From contig JBNKZS010000002.1 in the NCBI GenBank assembly GCA_050301755.1, positions 8,534 to 72,533 of the forward strand: a DNA stretch of 64,000 nucleotides, written 5' to 3'. The first letter of the stretch is position 1; the number at the start of each line of letters is the position of its first letter. Below, piece after piece: positions 38,824 to 48,064 of this stretch. The position numbers were made by a program, and so were the translations under genes. Below the pieces are notes generated by a model, which saw only the letters and a program-made list of their open reading frames with translations, was not told the origin of the DNA and made no database searches. The stretch is from Mariprofundaceae bacterium (GTDB taxonomy: Bacteria; Pseudomonadota; Zetaproteobacteria; Mariprofundales; Mariprofundaceae).

Positions 38824-39296
38824 GATTTCTTCTCCAGCTGCGCCAATATGTTATGCCAGTTGCCTGCAGCAACGGTTCTGGCAGAGGCGAAGCCACCCAC
38901 CCAATAGATAAAGGATGGTTTTAGCCTGAAAAGCCTGAAGTCAGAGAAGGCAAAAAGCGGTTCAGCATCCGGAATGGCTTCGATATAAACTGACTTTACC
39001 GTGGCGTACTCATTATCGGGCACCGCTGCCATGCTTCCCTGTAAAGAGATTCTGGGCAGGGAAAGAGGCGAGTCGACAGCGGATTCCGGTTTGCAGATCA
39101 TGAAACCGACCTTCGGATGATCGCTAATATTGGCGGTATGGCGGGCAAGCTTGGAGAGATGGAGAATGATATGGCCCTGATGGAGGGCGAAGGGCGCCAT
39201 GGAGACTTCAGGGCCTGTTTTTCCGGTTGTGGCAAGCGAACCGGTTTGACACTGAAGTAGAAGCGTCTTGATCTCGGATTCGAAGGTTTTACACAT
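38820..39296 (-). CDS. Pyridoxamine 5'-phosphate oxidase-like (FMN-binding split-barrel / HutZ-like) protein
   Basis: 158 aa. The pattern (TGSLATT...EVSMAPFAL...LHLSKLARHT) fits the PNPOx-like fold. Its ATG shares one nucleotide with the smpB stop (TGATG). Confidence 0.6.
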   Translation of the reverse strand: MCKTFESEIKTLLLQCQTGSLATTGKTGPEVSMAPFALHQGHIILHLSKLARHTANISDHPKVGFMICKPESAVDSPLSLPRISLQGSMAAVPDNEYATVKSVYIEAIPDAEPLFAFSDFRLFRLKPSFIYWVGGFASARTVAAGNWHNILAQLEKKS

Positions 39297-39736
39297 CAGG
39301 CCTTGTAACGGCGTTGAAGGTCGCGCTTTATATCTTTCTCTTTTTTATCCTGACGTTTGTCATAAAGCTTCTTGCCCTTGGCAAGGCCGACCTCAAGCTT
39401 GGCAAAGCCGCGCTCATTAAAATAGAGCTTGAGCGGCACGAGGGTAAGCCCCTTCTCCTTGAGCTTGCCAATGAGGCGAAGCAGCTCCTTTTTATGCATT
39501 AACAGTTCACGTGAACGTGCCGGTTCTGCCGGGTTATTCATGGCGGCGGGTTTATAGGGGCTGATGTGGCAGCCGATCAGTAACATTTTTTCATTACGGA
39601 TAATGCAGTGGGCTTCAGCCAGGTTGGCCTGGCCGGCGCGAATCGATTTTACTTCAGGTCCGGCAAGGATGATGCCCACCTCATAGGTTTCCAGAATGTG
39701 GTACTCATGCCTTGCGCGGCGATTGATGATGGCCAT
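39296..39736 (-). CDS. smpB: SsrA-binding protein
   Basis: 146 aa with the conserved SmpB segments NRRARHEYHILE, KKELLRLIGK and the basic C-terminal tail. Confidence 0.95.
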   Translation of the reverse strand: MAIINRRARHEYHILETYEVGIILAGPEVKSIRAGQANLAEAHCIIRNEKMLLIGCHISPYKPAAMNNPAEPARSRELLMHKKELLRLIGKLKEKGLTLVPLKLYFNERGFAKLEVGLAKGKKLYDKRQDKKEKDIKRDLQRRYKA

Positions 39737-39791
39737 CAGCGCAGGCTATCGGTCGGATGCAGGGCTGTTAACAGTTATTGTGATAACGGGC

Positions 39792-40187
39792 CTAGCGAAG
39801 CACCCGGCCCATCGCCTGACTATGCAGGTGTGATGCAAACAGGCGATTGGATGAACTGATTTTGTGGATGGTTTCAATCGGAAATTTGTAGGTAAGAACG
39901 GGGCCTCTGGCAGTGACATCGGCAATAGGGGCACCAAGTCCGGCAATCGAGACTTCGCCGATCAGGTCACCGGAAGAGAGCTCGGCAATCGTGACGCCAT
40001 AGGACTTGATGTGGACAGAGCCTCTGGCAATAAAGAAAAGAAAGTGATTCAGGCCGCCTTCTCGAATGAGGTAGTCACCTTTGCGGTAGTCCTGGATGAC
40101 GGTTGAATCGCAGAGTTGCTGAAGCTCGCTGTGAGTGAGCGGTGCAAAACAGTGCAGTGATTTCAAATCTTCCGGCTTGATGGGCAT
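39792..40187 (-). CDS. Cyclic nucleotide-binding domain protein
   Basis: About 131 aa from ATG 40187. The longer GTG start at 40274 lies inside a terminator hairpin. The cNMP-binding beta-barrel pattern is present (GDYLIREGG...FFIARGSV...GDLIGE). Confidence 0.7.
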   Translation of the reverse strand: MPIKPEDLKSLHCFAPLTHSELQQLCDSTVIQDYRKGDYLIREGGLNHFLFFIARGSVHIKSYGVTIAELSSGDLIGEVSIAGLGAPIADVTARGPVLTYKFPIETIHKISSSNRLFASHLHSQAMGRVLR

Positions 40188-40249
40188 GGTTGCATCATAA
40201 GCAATGTCTGTAACAATCGCTTGTGACCGGGAACACACTTTCGGTGTCC

Positions 40250-40277
40250 AAAAAAAAGGCGGCCCGAAGGCCACCTT
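40250..40277 (-). terminator. Rho-independent terminator of cytochrome c copy B
   Basis: Minus strand: AGGTGGCC-TTCG-GGCCGCCT followed by a U-run of 8. Confidence 0.6.
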
Positions 40278-40302
40278 TGAAATCAGTTCGAAAACCGGGT
40301 TC

Positions 40303-40677
40303 TTACTTAAGACCGTTCAGGAATTCCATCACCTTGTCAGCTTTGCCGCCGTCCAGCTTCTGGTTAGGCATCTTGGTAGAGTGGCCTGCCGCTTTAGCTA
40401 CACCTTTTGAATCCTTGATCCAGGCACGCAGAGATGCATCATCCCAAACAGCGCCAGCTGCATTCTGAGCCTGCAGGTAACCACCATATTTGAAGCCATC
40501 AACGGAACCCTGGGTACGGCCAACAATGCCGAACAGGTTAGGGCCAGTCTTGTTTTTGCCACCCTGCTTAAAGGTGTGGCATGCTTTACACTTGCCTTCC
40601 GGGCCAGCGATAGCGGTAGAAGCGAATCCGCCTACTACAAATGCAGCTGCTGCTGCGATCATCAAAGTTTTTTTCAT
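40303..40677 (-). CDS. Monohaem class I cytochrome c (copy B)
   Basis: 124 aa with a signal peptide, CKACH and TKMPNQ. The N-terminal third is nearly identical to copy A. Confidence 0.9.
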   Translation of the reverse strand: MKKTLMIAAAAAFVVGGFASTAIAGPEGKCKACHTFKQGGKNKTGPNLFGIVGRTQGSVDGFKYGGYLQAQNAAGAVWDDASLRAWIKDSKGVAKAAGHSTKMPNQKLDGGKADKVMEFLNGLK

Positions 40678-40822
40678 GAAAAACTCCTCCTCTAGTGAAT
40701 TGGAGGCGACTTGCTACAGGAAGTCGTCCTAGGGTGCAACGATATAGATTAAAAAAAATTAATCGTAGTGGAACATCGGCCCCCTAGGGGGTGGAATCCG
40801 CCCCCCAAGCGACGCTGTCTTC

Positions 40823-43420
40823 TTAAGGTGTCGAAATCATTAAGGAATTCCCATCGGAATCTACGGTGATAGCGGAGCCCGGAAGGGCCTTACCGGAAAT
40901 AAGCAGCTTGGCCACGGGGGTTTCAATCTCCTGTTGGATGAATCGCTTCAGCGGCCTGGCGCCGAATACGGGGTCATACCCTTCGCGAGCCAGGAGTGCC
41001 CTGGCCGTATCACTGATGGTCAGATCGACCTGTTGCAGCGCCAGCCTCTCCTTCAGCGATGCAAGCAACAGTTCGGCAATCTTCTCAATCTGAGCCAGGG
41101 CCAGCGGCGCAAAGAGCACCGTGTCATCAACACGATTCAAAAACTCCGGCCGGAAATGGGCGTGTAACTCGTCGGTAATCATTTTGCGGGCATGCTCCGT
41201 GATGTTTCCATGCTCATCGACTCCATCCATCAGGTATGGGCTGCCGATATTGCTGGTCATGATCACTACGGTATTCTGGAAATTGACGGTACGCCCCTGA
41301 CTGTCGGTCAGGCGCCCATCATCGAGTAGCTGTAACAGGACATTGAAAACGTCCGGATGTGCCTTCTCAATCTCATCAAAGAGCAGCACGCAGTAAGGTT
41401 TGCGGCGAACGGCTTCGGTGAGTTGCCCACCCTCTTCAAAGCCGATGTATCCCGGAGGCGCGCCAAGCAGTCTTGAGACAGCGTGCTTCTCCATATATTC
41501 GCTCATGTCGATACGTACCATGTTGTCTTCCGAATCAAACAGGCTGGCGGCCAGTGTTTTGGCAAGTTCTGTTTTACCGACACCGGTCGGGCCAAGAAAG
41601 ATGAATGAGCCAATGGGGCGTTTGGGATCTTTAATGCCTGCACGAGCCCGGAGCACCGCATTGGCCACACTGTCGACAGCCTCATCCTGTCCAATGACAC
41701 GTTCATGCAATACGTCGGCAAGACGCAGCAGTTTTTCACGTTCGCCCTCCATGAGGCGGGTCACGGGGATGCCTGTCCAGCGAGCAACCACCTGAGCGAT
41801 CTCCTCTTCGGTCACCTCCTCCTGCAGCATTGAAGTCTCATCTTTGCCGGACGACTCCAGCGAAGCCAGCTCTTTCTCCAGGGCCGGGAGTACTCCATGC
41901 CTGAGCTCGGCAACCTTGTTCAGGTCATAAGCGCGTTCGGCCGTCTCGATCTCCAGACGGGTTTGCTCGATCTTTTCCCGAAGGGCCTGCACTTGGCCGA
42001 TGGAGGCCTTCTCCTTGTCCCACTGCGCACGCATGGCGTCCCGTCGCTCTTTCAGCTCGACCAGCTCCTGGCGCAGGGACTCCAGACGCTCCTGGCTGGC
42101 AGCATCCTTCTCTTTCTTCAGGGCTGTCTCTTCAATCTCAAGGCGCATGGCACGACGGGTGATTTCGTCCAGTTCCGCCGGCATCGAGTCGATTTCGGTA
42201 CGAATGGAGGCGCACGCCTCATCAACCAGGTCGATGGCCTTGTCGGGAAGAAAACGATCGGAAATATAACGATCGGAGAGGGTTGCCGCGGCGACAATGG
42301 CAGCATCCTGAATACGTACGCCGTGGTGTACTTCAAAGCGCTCTCTCAGTCCGCGCAGGATGGAGATGGTATCCTCAACATCCGGAGCATCGACGACAAT
42401 CGGCTGGAACCGACGTTCCAGTGCCGCATCTTTCTCAATGTGCTGGCGATACTCATCCAGCGTTGTGGCACCGATACAGTGCAGTTCGCCACGTGCAAGC
42501 ATCGGCTTGAGCATATTGCCGGCATCGGATGAACCTTCGGTCTTGCCGGCGCCGACAATGGTATGCAGCTCATCAATGAAGAGGATGATGCGCCCTTCCG
42601 ACTCCTTGATCTCCTTAAGAACAGCCTTCAGCCGCTCTTCGAACTCACCCCGGTATTTGGCTCCGGCCATCAGGGCTGTCATATCAAGGGAGAAAACGGT
42701 TCGCTGTTTCAATCCTTCCGGCACATCACCATTCAAAATGCGTTGAGCCAGTCCTTCGGCAATGGCGGTTTTACCAACCCCCGGTTCGCCGATCAGAACA
42801 GGATTGTTCTTGGTTTTTCTTGAAAGAATACGGATGACGCTGCGAATCTCGCTATCGCGTCCGATCACCGGATCAAGTTTGCCATTACGTGTCATCTCGA
42901 CGAGATCGGTGCCGTATTTCTCCAGTGCCTCGTAAGTGCTCTCAGGCGAGTCATTGGTGATACGTTGATGGCCACGCACCGACTCAACAGCCTGAAGAAA
43001 TTTATTGCGGTTGATACCCGCCTTTTTGAGGGCCCGGCCCGAGGCGGTCGTGTCCCCTTCAGCGATAAGCGCCAGAATAATATGCTCGACGGAGATATAT
43101 TCGTCTTTCATAGCCGCGGCTTCATCGCCGGCTTTGACCATGAGCTGATTCAAGCGCTGTGTGATATAGACCTTACCCGCTTCAGATGAGCCGCCTGAGA
43201 CACGTGGCAGTTTGGAGAGAGCGTGCTGGATATCAGCGGCGATCGATGTAACGGATGCACCGGTGCGTTCAATCAATCGCGGAGCAAGGCCGTCACTTTG
43301 TGCAAGCAGTTCGGCAAAGAGGTGTTCCCCATCCACCTCCTGGTGTGACAAGCGTGCGGCCAGTGGCTGCGCAGATTGCATTGCTTCCCTGACTTTCACC
43401 GTTGTTTTATTCATATCCAT
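40823..43420 (-). CDS. clpB: ATP-dependent disaggregase ClpB
   Basis: 865 aa with two AAA+ modules ([16 protein letters not shown]) and a long coiled-coil middle domain. Confidence 0.97.
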   Translation of the reverse strand: MDMNKTTVKVREAMQSAQPLAARLSHQEVDGEHLFAELLAQSDGLAPRLIERTGASVTSIAADIQHALSKLPRVSGGSSEAGKVYITQRLNQLMVKAGDEAAAMKDEYISVEHIILALIAEGDTTASGRALKKAGINRNKFLQAVESVRGHQRITNDSPESTYEALEKYGTDLVEMTRNGKLDPVIGRDSEIRSVIRILSRKTKNNPVLIGEPGVGKTAIAEGLAQRILNGDVPEGLKQRTVFSLDMTALMAGAKYRGEFEERLKAVLKEIKESEGRIILFIDELHTIVGAGKTEGSSDAGNMLKPMLARGELHCIGATTLDEYRQHIEKDAALERRFQPIVVDAPDVEDTISILRGLRERFEVHHGVRIQDAAIVAAATLSDRYISDRFLPDKAIDLVDEACASIRTEIDSMPAELDEITRRAMRLEIEETALKKEKDAASQERLESLRQELVELKERRDAMRAQWDKEKASIGQVQALREKIEQTRLEIETAERAYDLNKVAELRHGVLPALEKELASLESSGKDETSMLQEEVTEEEIAQVVARWTGIPVTRLMEGEREKLLRLADVLHERVIGQDEAVDSVANAVLRARAGIKDPKRPIGSFIFLGPTGVGKTELAKTLAASLFDSEDNMVRIDMSEYMEKHAVSRLLGAPPGYIGFEEGGQLTEAVRRKPYCVLLFDEIEKAHPDVFNVLLQLLDDGRLTDSQGRTVNFQNTVVIMTSNIGSPYLMDGVDEHGNITEHARKMITDELHAHFRPEFLNRVDDTVLFAPLALAQIEKIAELLLASLKERLALQQVDLTISDTARALLAREGYDPVFGARPLKRFIQQEIETPVAKLLISGKALPGSAITVDSDGNSLMISTP

Positions 43421-43491
43421 CCAGGCAACCTCAATTTCATTGCGTGCTGCAGGCCATCAAATGGCATAAGCGAGCATCTCTATTATGAACT

Positions 43492-43520
43492 ATGTGGGGT
43501 CGAAGTGTGGCTTTTTCAAG
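43492..43520 (-). promoter_or_regulatory. Sigma-32 (heat-shock)-type promoter upstream of clpB
   Basis: Minus strand: CTTGAAA-14 nt-CCCCACAT, about 70 nt upstream of the clpB ATG. The consensus is CTTGAAA-N13-17-CCCCATnT. Confidence 0.55.
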
Positions 43521-43531
43521 CCGGGGCTTGA

Positions 43532-43918
43532 TTAAGGTTGCTCTACAACAATTACTGAGACCTTGGCAGAGCCAACAGGATTGGAGTTGGCCATCTCCAC
43601 AATCAGGTCAAACTTTCCATTGGGATTGTCAAAAGGAAGGTGGAATTCATGGTCTCCGATACTATAGCTGCGCTGTTGCTTGATCTCCTGCTCCAGATCC
43701 TCCTCGGCACGCAGAATGCGGAATGTAAGCGGGCCAATGGCATCGGAGACCAGTGTGACCTGATACTTGCCGGGTCGATTGGGAAGGTTGAAAAACTCGC
43801 GCATATTCTGGAAGGCAGGGATCGAGACATCACGATAGTAGAGATAGTTCTTCTCTTCAGCTGCCTGCAGGGGCATGGCAGCCGATATGAGCAGGAACGT
43901 CAACAGAATTCGAATCAT
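43532..43918 (-). CDS. Exported hypothetical protein (128 aa)
   Basis: Signal peptide MIRILLTFLLISAAMPLQA-AEE. It overlaps the response-regulator stop by 4 nt. I recognise no family. Confidence 0.6.
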   Translation of the reverse strand: MIRILLTFLLISAAMPLQAAEEKNYLYYRDVSIPAFQNMREFFNLPNRPGKYQVTLVSDAIGPLTFRILRAEEDLEQEIKQQRSYSIGDHEFHLPFDNPNGKFDLIVEMANSNPVGSAKVSVIVVEQP

Positions 43919-45333
43919 GACTCTTCCTGCGTATCAACATCATACTTATCGCAGAGATAGCGCATTTTATCCTTGGCTCGGTCACCGAAACCCAACCAGC
44001 GACCGGCACGAGCCTTGATATGGCCGTTTCTCTCCAGAGCCGTAAGCAGCAGCTGTTTCTCAAAGGCGGCGACGGCCTGCTCGCCTTTGATACCTGTCTC
44101 TGGAAGCTGGTGGAACCACTGCTCGAGCAGGTCCTCGGACTCATTTGGCACATGAGGGCCGGCCAGTGAGGGAAGATTCTCAATGGTCTCTTCCTGCGCC
44201 AGAACAACAGCCCGTTCAATGACATTTTCCAGTTCCCGCACGTTTCCAGGCCAGCTATAGCGCTGCATCTGCTCCAATACCTGGTCAGAGAAACCCTCGA
44301 TATGTTTGCCACAGGCAAGCCCTTTCTGCATCAGGATCTCTCCTGCCAACAGCTCCAGGTCTTCCAGATGCTCTCTCAGGGGCAACGCTTCTATCTCCAC
44401 GACGTGAATCCTGTAGTAGAGATCATCGCGAAACTCACCGCTGCTGACCAGCTGCTCAAGATCGGCCTTGGTGGAACAGATCAGCCGCACATCGGAACAG
44501 ATGACCGACTCACCGCCGAGGCGGGAGAATTCGCCTTCTTGAAGAACCCGCAACAGTTTGGCCTGGAGGTCCAGCGACAAATCACCGATCTCGTCTAAAA
44601 AGATGGTGCCGCCGTCAGCCAATTCAAAACGCCCGACTTTTTTGGCAAGCGCCCCGGTAAAGGCCCCTTTTTCATGTCCGAACAGTTCGGACTCCAGATG
44701 TTCGGCACTCATCGCCGCACAATTGATCGCGATAAAGGGTTCGTTGGCGCGCGGGCTTTCCGCATGCAACCGTCTGGCAATCAACTCCTTTCCGGTGCCG
44801 GTTTCACCTCGGATCAGAACGGTCGACGGGGTTGGGGCCACCTGAGAGATCAAGTTTTTCAGCTCCTGCATCGGTTCGGACTCACCGAGCAACTCCGAGC
44901 CCATGCGAACATCCAGTGCTCGTTGCAGCTCCTGCTCACGCAGCTGCTGCCAGCGTGCCTCCATGGCGCGATCAATGGTGTCCTGCACTTCATCCGGATC
45001 GAATGGTTTGCCGAAGAAGTCCAGCGCTCCATCCTTGCGTGCACGCACCGCAATGGCATGTTCATCATGACCGGTAATAACGACGACAGGTGTATCCGGG
45101 CTCTCTTTTTTCAGCTTGAGCAGATAGGCCATGCCGATTTCAGGGTTGTCCGGTTCGGGAGGAAGGGCCAGATCGAGCACAACCAGATCGACGCGGTTGG
45201 CTGAGAGAGCCGCATCGGCCTTATCAAGGTCACCTGCTTCCAGCACCTGATACTGATCTTTAAGCAGTAGTTTCAGGTTGAGTCGATTGATCTCGTTGTC
45301 ATCAACTACCAGTACCGTACGTTGAATCTTCAT
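43915..45333 (-). CDS. Sigma-54-dependent response regulator (NtrC family)
   Basis: Receiver domain (VLVVDDN...LVVLDLALPP), AAA+ activator (GETGTGKE, ESELFGHEKGAFTGA) and a C-terminal HTH. ATG 45333 forms an ATGA overlap with the kinase stop. The longer ORF starts at 45372. Confidence 0.9.
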   Translation of the reverse strand: MKIQRTVLVVDDNEINRLNLKLLLKDQYQVLEAGDLDKADAALSANRVDLVVLDLALPPEPDNPEIGMAYLLKLKKESPDTPVVVITGHDEHAIAVRARKDGALDFFGKPFDPDEVQDTIDRAMEARWQQLREQELQRALDVRMGSELLGESEPMQELKNLISQVAPTPSTVLIRGETGTGKELIARRLHAESPRANEPFIAINCAAMSAEHLESELFGHEKGAFTGALAKKVGRFELADGGTIFLDEIGDLSLDLQAKLLRVLQEGEFSRLGGESVICSDVRLICSTKADLEQLVSSGEFRDDLYYRIHVVEIEALPLREHLEDLELLAGEILMQKGLACGKHIEGFSDQVLEQMQRYSWPGNVRELENVIERAVVLAQEETIENLPSLAGPHVPNESEDLLEQWFHQLPETGIKGEQAVAAFEKQLLLTALERNGHIKARAGRWLGFGDRAKDKMRYLCDKYDVDTQEES

Positions 45334-46499
45334 GACTTCACTCCCGTATCTTTGTTCAGCTGACTCTGCCATAACGGCAGTTTGACGATGAAGGTGGAAC
45401 CTTTCCCCTCACCTTCGCTTTCAGCTGCAATGGTTCCCCGATGCGCCTCAATGATCCGCTTGCTGAGGTAGAGGCCGATACCGAGACCGCTCTCCTTGCT
45501 GGTGGCGAAGAGGCGGAAAAGTCGCTGTTTCATAAAGGCTTCAGGTATGCCCTGGCCACTGTCACGGACACGCACTTCGATCATGCCGCCGACCTGTGTT
45601 GTGTCGACATAGATATCGCCCTGTTTTTTCATCGCCTGTACCGCATTATCAAAGAGGTTCTCAAAGACCCCTTGCAGCATGGCATTATCAGCAGCAGCAG
45701 CTGGAAGCGCCGGCAGATGCTCATGCACGGTGATGCCTTCCGGCCAGAGGCGGTCATGAATGCTCTTTTTCAACAGGCCGGAAACATCGCATGGCACGAG
45801 TGTCGGATGGATCGGCGCCTGTGGATCGGCCATGCGTTGCATCAGTGTCTGCATGCGTCCGACAACCTTGCGAATCGAAGCGATTAACCGGGATGTATCT
45901 TCGGCATCAAGTTTTCCCGAACCGATATGGTGGGCCAGAAAGGAGAGGTCGTGCAGGCGGTTTTTCAGATCGTGGGAGTGAAGCTGGCTGGTCATGCGGG
46001 AGAGCGAGTCCAGACGAGCATCCTGAACCTGATTGTGAGAGAGGCGTGCATGCTCAAGGCTCATGGCGGCAAATCGTGAGAGGCTGGTCAGGCTTCGCAG
46101 CTCTTCATCGTCCGTGGCCCAGCCATCCGTCCGCGGTCCGAGGTGAAGCCAGGCAATGCCTTCGCGTCTCTCAATGGGAAGAACCAGTTCATAACCTTTT
46201 GAGATGGCCCCTTCAGGTGCCGGCGGCGGTGTTTCCGCCGGATAACAGAACACTTTGCCTTCTTCGCCGATGCGTTCATCCAGTGCCGCATGCGAGCGAT
46301 GACAGATTTCACAGATGCGCTCCATCAGCGCGGTCTCGATATTCTCAATCGGCAGATCGGCAAGGTCACCTGCACCGAGTGCCCGAATGGCGGCCAGCGT
46401 ATCCAGATGCCGCTTGAAAAAGAGCTTATCCACGGTCAGCTGAAGGCGGTGCACAAACGGCGAGAAAAAGAGTACAGCAACGATAGCAGCCAGAACCAT
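45330..46499 (-). CDS. Sensor histidine kinase (GAF-like input; N-terminus uncertain)
   Basis: H-box LHSHDLKNRL. HATPase_c motifs NLFDNAVQAM, DSGQGIP and GLGIGLYL. The frame stays open for 79 codons upstream of ATG 46499 and encodes another TM-like segment. Confidence 0.85.
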   Translation of the reverse strand: MVLAAIVAVLFFSPFVHRLQLTVDKLFFKRHLDTLAAIRALGAGDLADLPIENIETALMERICEICHRSHAALDERIGEEGKVFCYPAETPPPAPEGAISKGYELVLPIERREGIAWLHLGPRTDGWATDDEELRSLTSLSRFAAMSLEHARLSHNQVQDARLDSLSRMTSQLHSHDLKNRLHDLSFLAHHIGSGKLDAEDTSRLIASIRKVVGRMQTLMQRMADPQAPIHPTLVPCDVSGLLKKSIHDRLWPEGITVHEHLPALPAAAADNAMLQGVFENLFDNAVQAMKKQGDIYVDTTQVGGMIEVRVRDSGQGIPEAFMKQRLFRLFATSKESGLGIGLYLSKRIIEAHRGTIAAESEGEGKGSTFIVKLPLWQSQLNKDTGVKS

Positions 46500-46678
46500 G
46501 GCCCACAGAGATACGGCCCTGCCCGTCAGGGTAAAGACCAGTGATTCGGATAGAATCAGGGCAATGAAAAAGAGCGCCAGTGCCGAGAGGGAGGCGATAA
46601 AATAGGCAGCAGAGTGAAGAATTCGCCTGTAGGCAAAAAACAGGCGATCCCGGAAACTAAGCGTGTTCAGGGTTCTGA

Positions 46679-47572
46679 TCAGGCCAGCTCCAACGTTTCG
46701 ACATCCGATTCGAATCCGAGCATCACGGTTCTCAGGTCATCAAGTTCGCCATTGGAAAGCGGCGTCAAAGGCAGGCGCAGTTCATTGGCCATCCAGCCAA
46801 GCAGCGAACATGCTGCCTTCACCGGCATCGGATTGCTCTGTACAAACATCGCATCAGTCAGGTCCTGCAAAGCAAAATGAGCCTTGCGGGCAATGTCGAG
46901 GTTGCCGTTGCGCATCGCTTCGGTGAGCTGGCGCATGGTTCTCGGCGCAATGTTTGAGACCACAGAGATGACGCCGGCACCACCCAGCTGCATGAATGGC
47001 AACACGGTCGCATCATCGCCGGAGAAGAAGTTCATTTTATCGCCGCAGGCCATGTAGGTGCGGGTCAGTTGGGCCATATCGGCCGTTGCATCCTTGATAC
47101 CGATGATGTTGGGCACTTCGGCAAGGCGCGCGACAGTGCCGGGCAGAATGTTGGAGTTGGTCCGGCCCGGTACATTGTAGATGATCTGTGGCAGGTGCAC
47201 TGCTTCAGCGACAGCCCTGTAATGCTGATAGATGCCCTCTTGTGTCGGCTTGTTGTAGTAGGGCGAGATCAGCAGGGCGGCATCGGCTCCCAGCGCCTTG
47301 GCCGACTGGGTCAGTTCGATGGACTCTGCTGTATTGTTGCTTCCGGTTCCGGCAATCACAGGAATGCGTCCGTTCACATGTTGTACGGTAATATCGATCA
47401 GATGCTTGTGCTCGGCAAAGGAGAGGGTTGCTGCTTCACCGGTAGTGCCTGCAGGGATAACGGCATCCACACCGGCCTCAATCTGGCGATCCAGATGAGC
47501 GCGAAACGCCTCTTCATCGATTTTCCCATTCGCAAATGGGGTGACCAGAGCGGTCATGGTGCCATGAAACAT
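46679..47572 (-). CDS. dapA: 4-hydroxy-tetrahydrodipicolinate synthase
   Basis: 297 aa with the DapA pattern (GTMTALVTPF, GTTGEA, active-site Lys region IIGIKDATAD). Confidence 0.95.
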   Translation of the reverse strand: MFHGTMTALVTPFANGKIDEEAFRAHLDRQIEAGVDAVIPAGTTGEAATLSFAEHKHLIDITVQHVNGRIPVIAGTGSNNTAESIELTQSAKALGADAALLISPYYNKPTQEGIYQHYRAVAEAVHLPQIIYNVPGRTNSNILPGTVARLAEVPNIIGIKDATADMAQLTRTYMACGDKMNFFSGDDATVLPFMQLGGAGVISVVSNIAPRTMRQLTEAMRNGNLDIARKAHFALQDLTDAMFVQSNPMPVKAACSLLGWMANELRLPLTPLSNGELDDLRTVMLGFESDVETLELA

Positions 47573-47695
47573 GTCAGCCTCCGTACAGGCGCTACTATAG
47601 CCGTTAATTGGTCAGGAAAAAGGGGAATCTATTCCGTCTCCGAATCGGCCTGCTATGATAGTTACAGGCACCCCGGATGAAGAGAGGAGTGTGAT

Positions 47696-48064
47696 ATGTT
47701 GAATGTATCCATACATGAAGATGATGGCATGGCCGTACTTGAACCGCATGGCGCACTGACAAAGAGGGATTTCGAGGCGGCAGCAGCCATGATTGATCCG
47801 TTTATCGAGAGGCACGGAAAGCTGAACGGGGTGATGATTCACTCCAAAGAGTTTCCCGGCTGGGACTCCTTTGCCGCCATGCTTACCCACCTGAGGTTTG
47901 TGCGGGATCATCACACCAGAGTGGCACGGGTGGCGATGGTGACCGACTCGATGCTGGGTGATCTGGCCGAAGTGCTGACCGGCCATTTTGTTCAGGCCGA
48001 GGTCAAACATTTCCGGTTTAACGAGTTCAAGCAGGCAAGGATCTGGGTTCTCGGGCTTGGCTGA
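47696..48064 (+). CDS. STAS/SEC14-like (SpoIIAA-like, DUF3478-type) protein
   Basis: 122 aa with the pattern LEPHGALTKRDFE...HGKLNGVMIHSKEFPGWDSF...VARVAMVTD. The family call is from memory. Confidence 0.65.
   Translation: MLNVSIHEDDGMAVLEPHGALTKRDFEAAAAMIDPFIERHGKLNGVMIHSKEFPGWDSFAAMLTHLRFVRDHHTRVARVAMVTDSMLGDLAEVLTGHFVQAEVKHFRFNEFKQARIWVLGLG

Noticed and set aside
37908-40277. Three terminators sharing a GGCGGCC left arm, considered as copies of a REP-like repeat family.
   Set aside because: The shared part is only a 7-nt G+C-rich stem arm. Loops and right arms differ, and such hairpins are generic for intrinsic terminators.
46624-46646. The hairpin CGCCTGT-9 nt-ACAGGCG just downstream of dapA, considered as a dapA terminator.
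   Set aside because: On the transcribed (minus) strand the T-run sits inside the loop, not after the stem. The hairpin also lies within the open upstream extension of the kinase frame. It is not a convincing intrinsic terminator.
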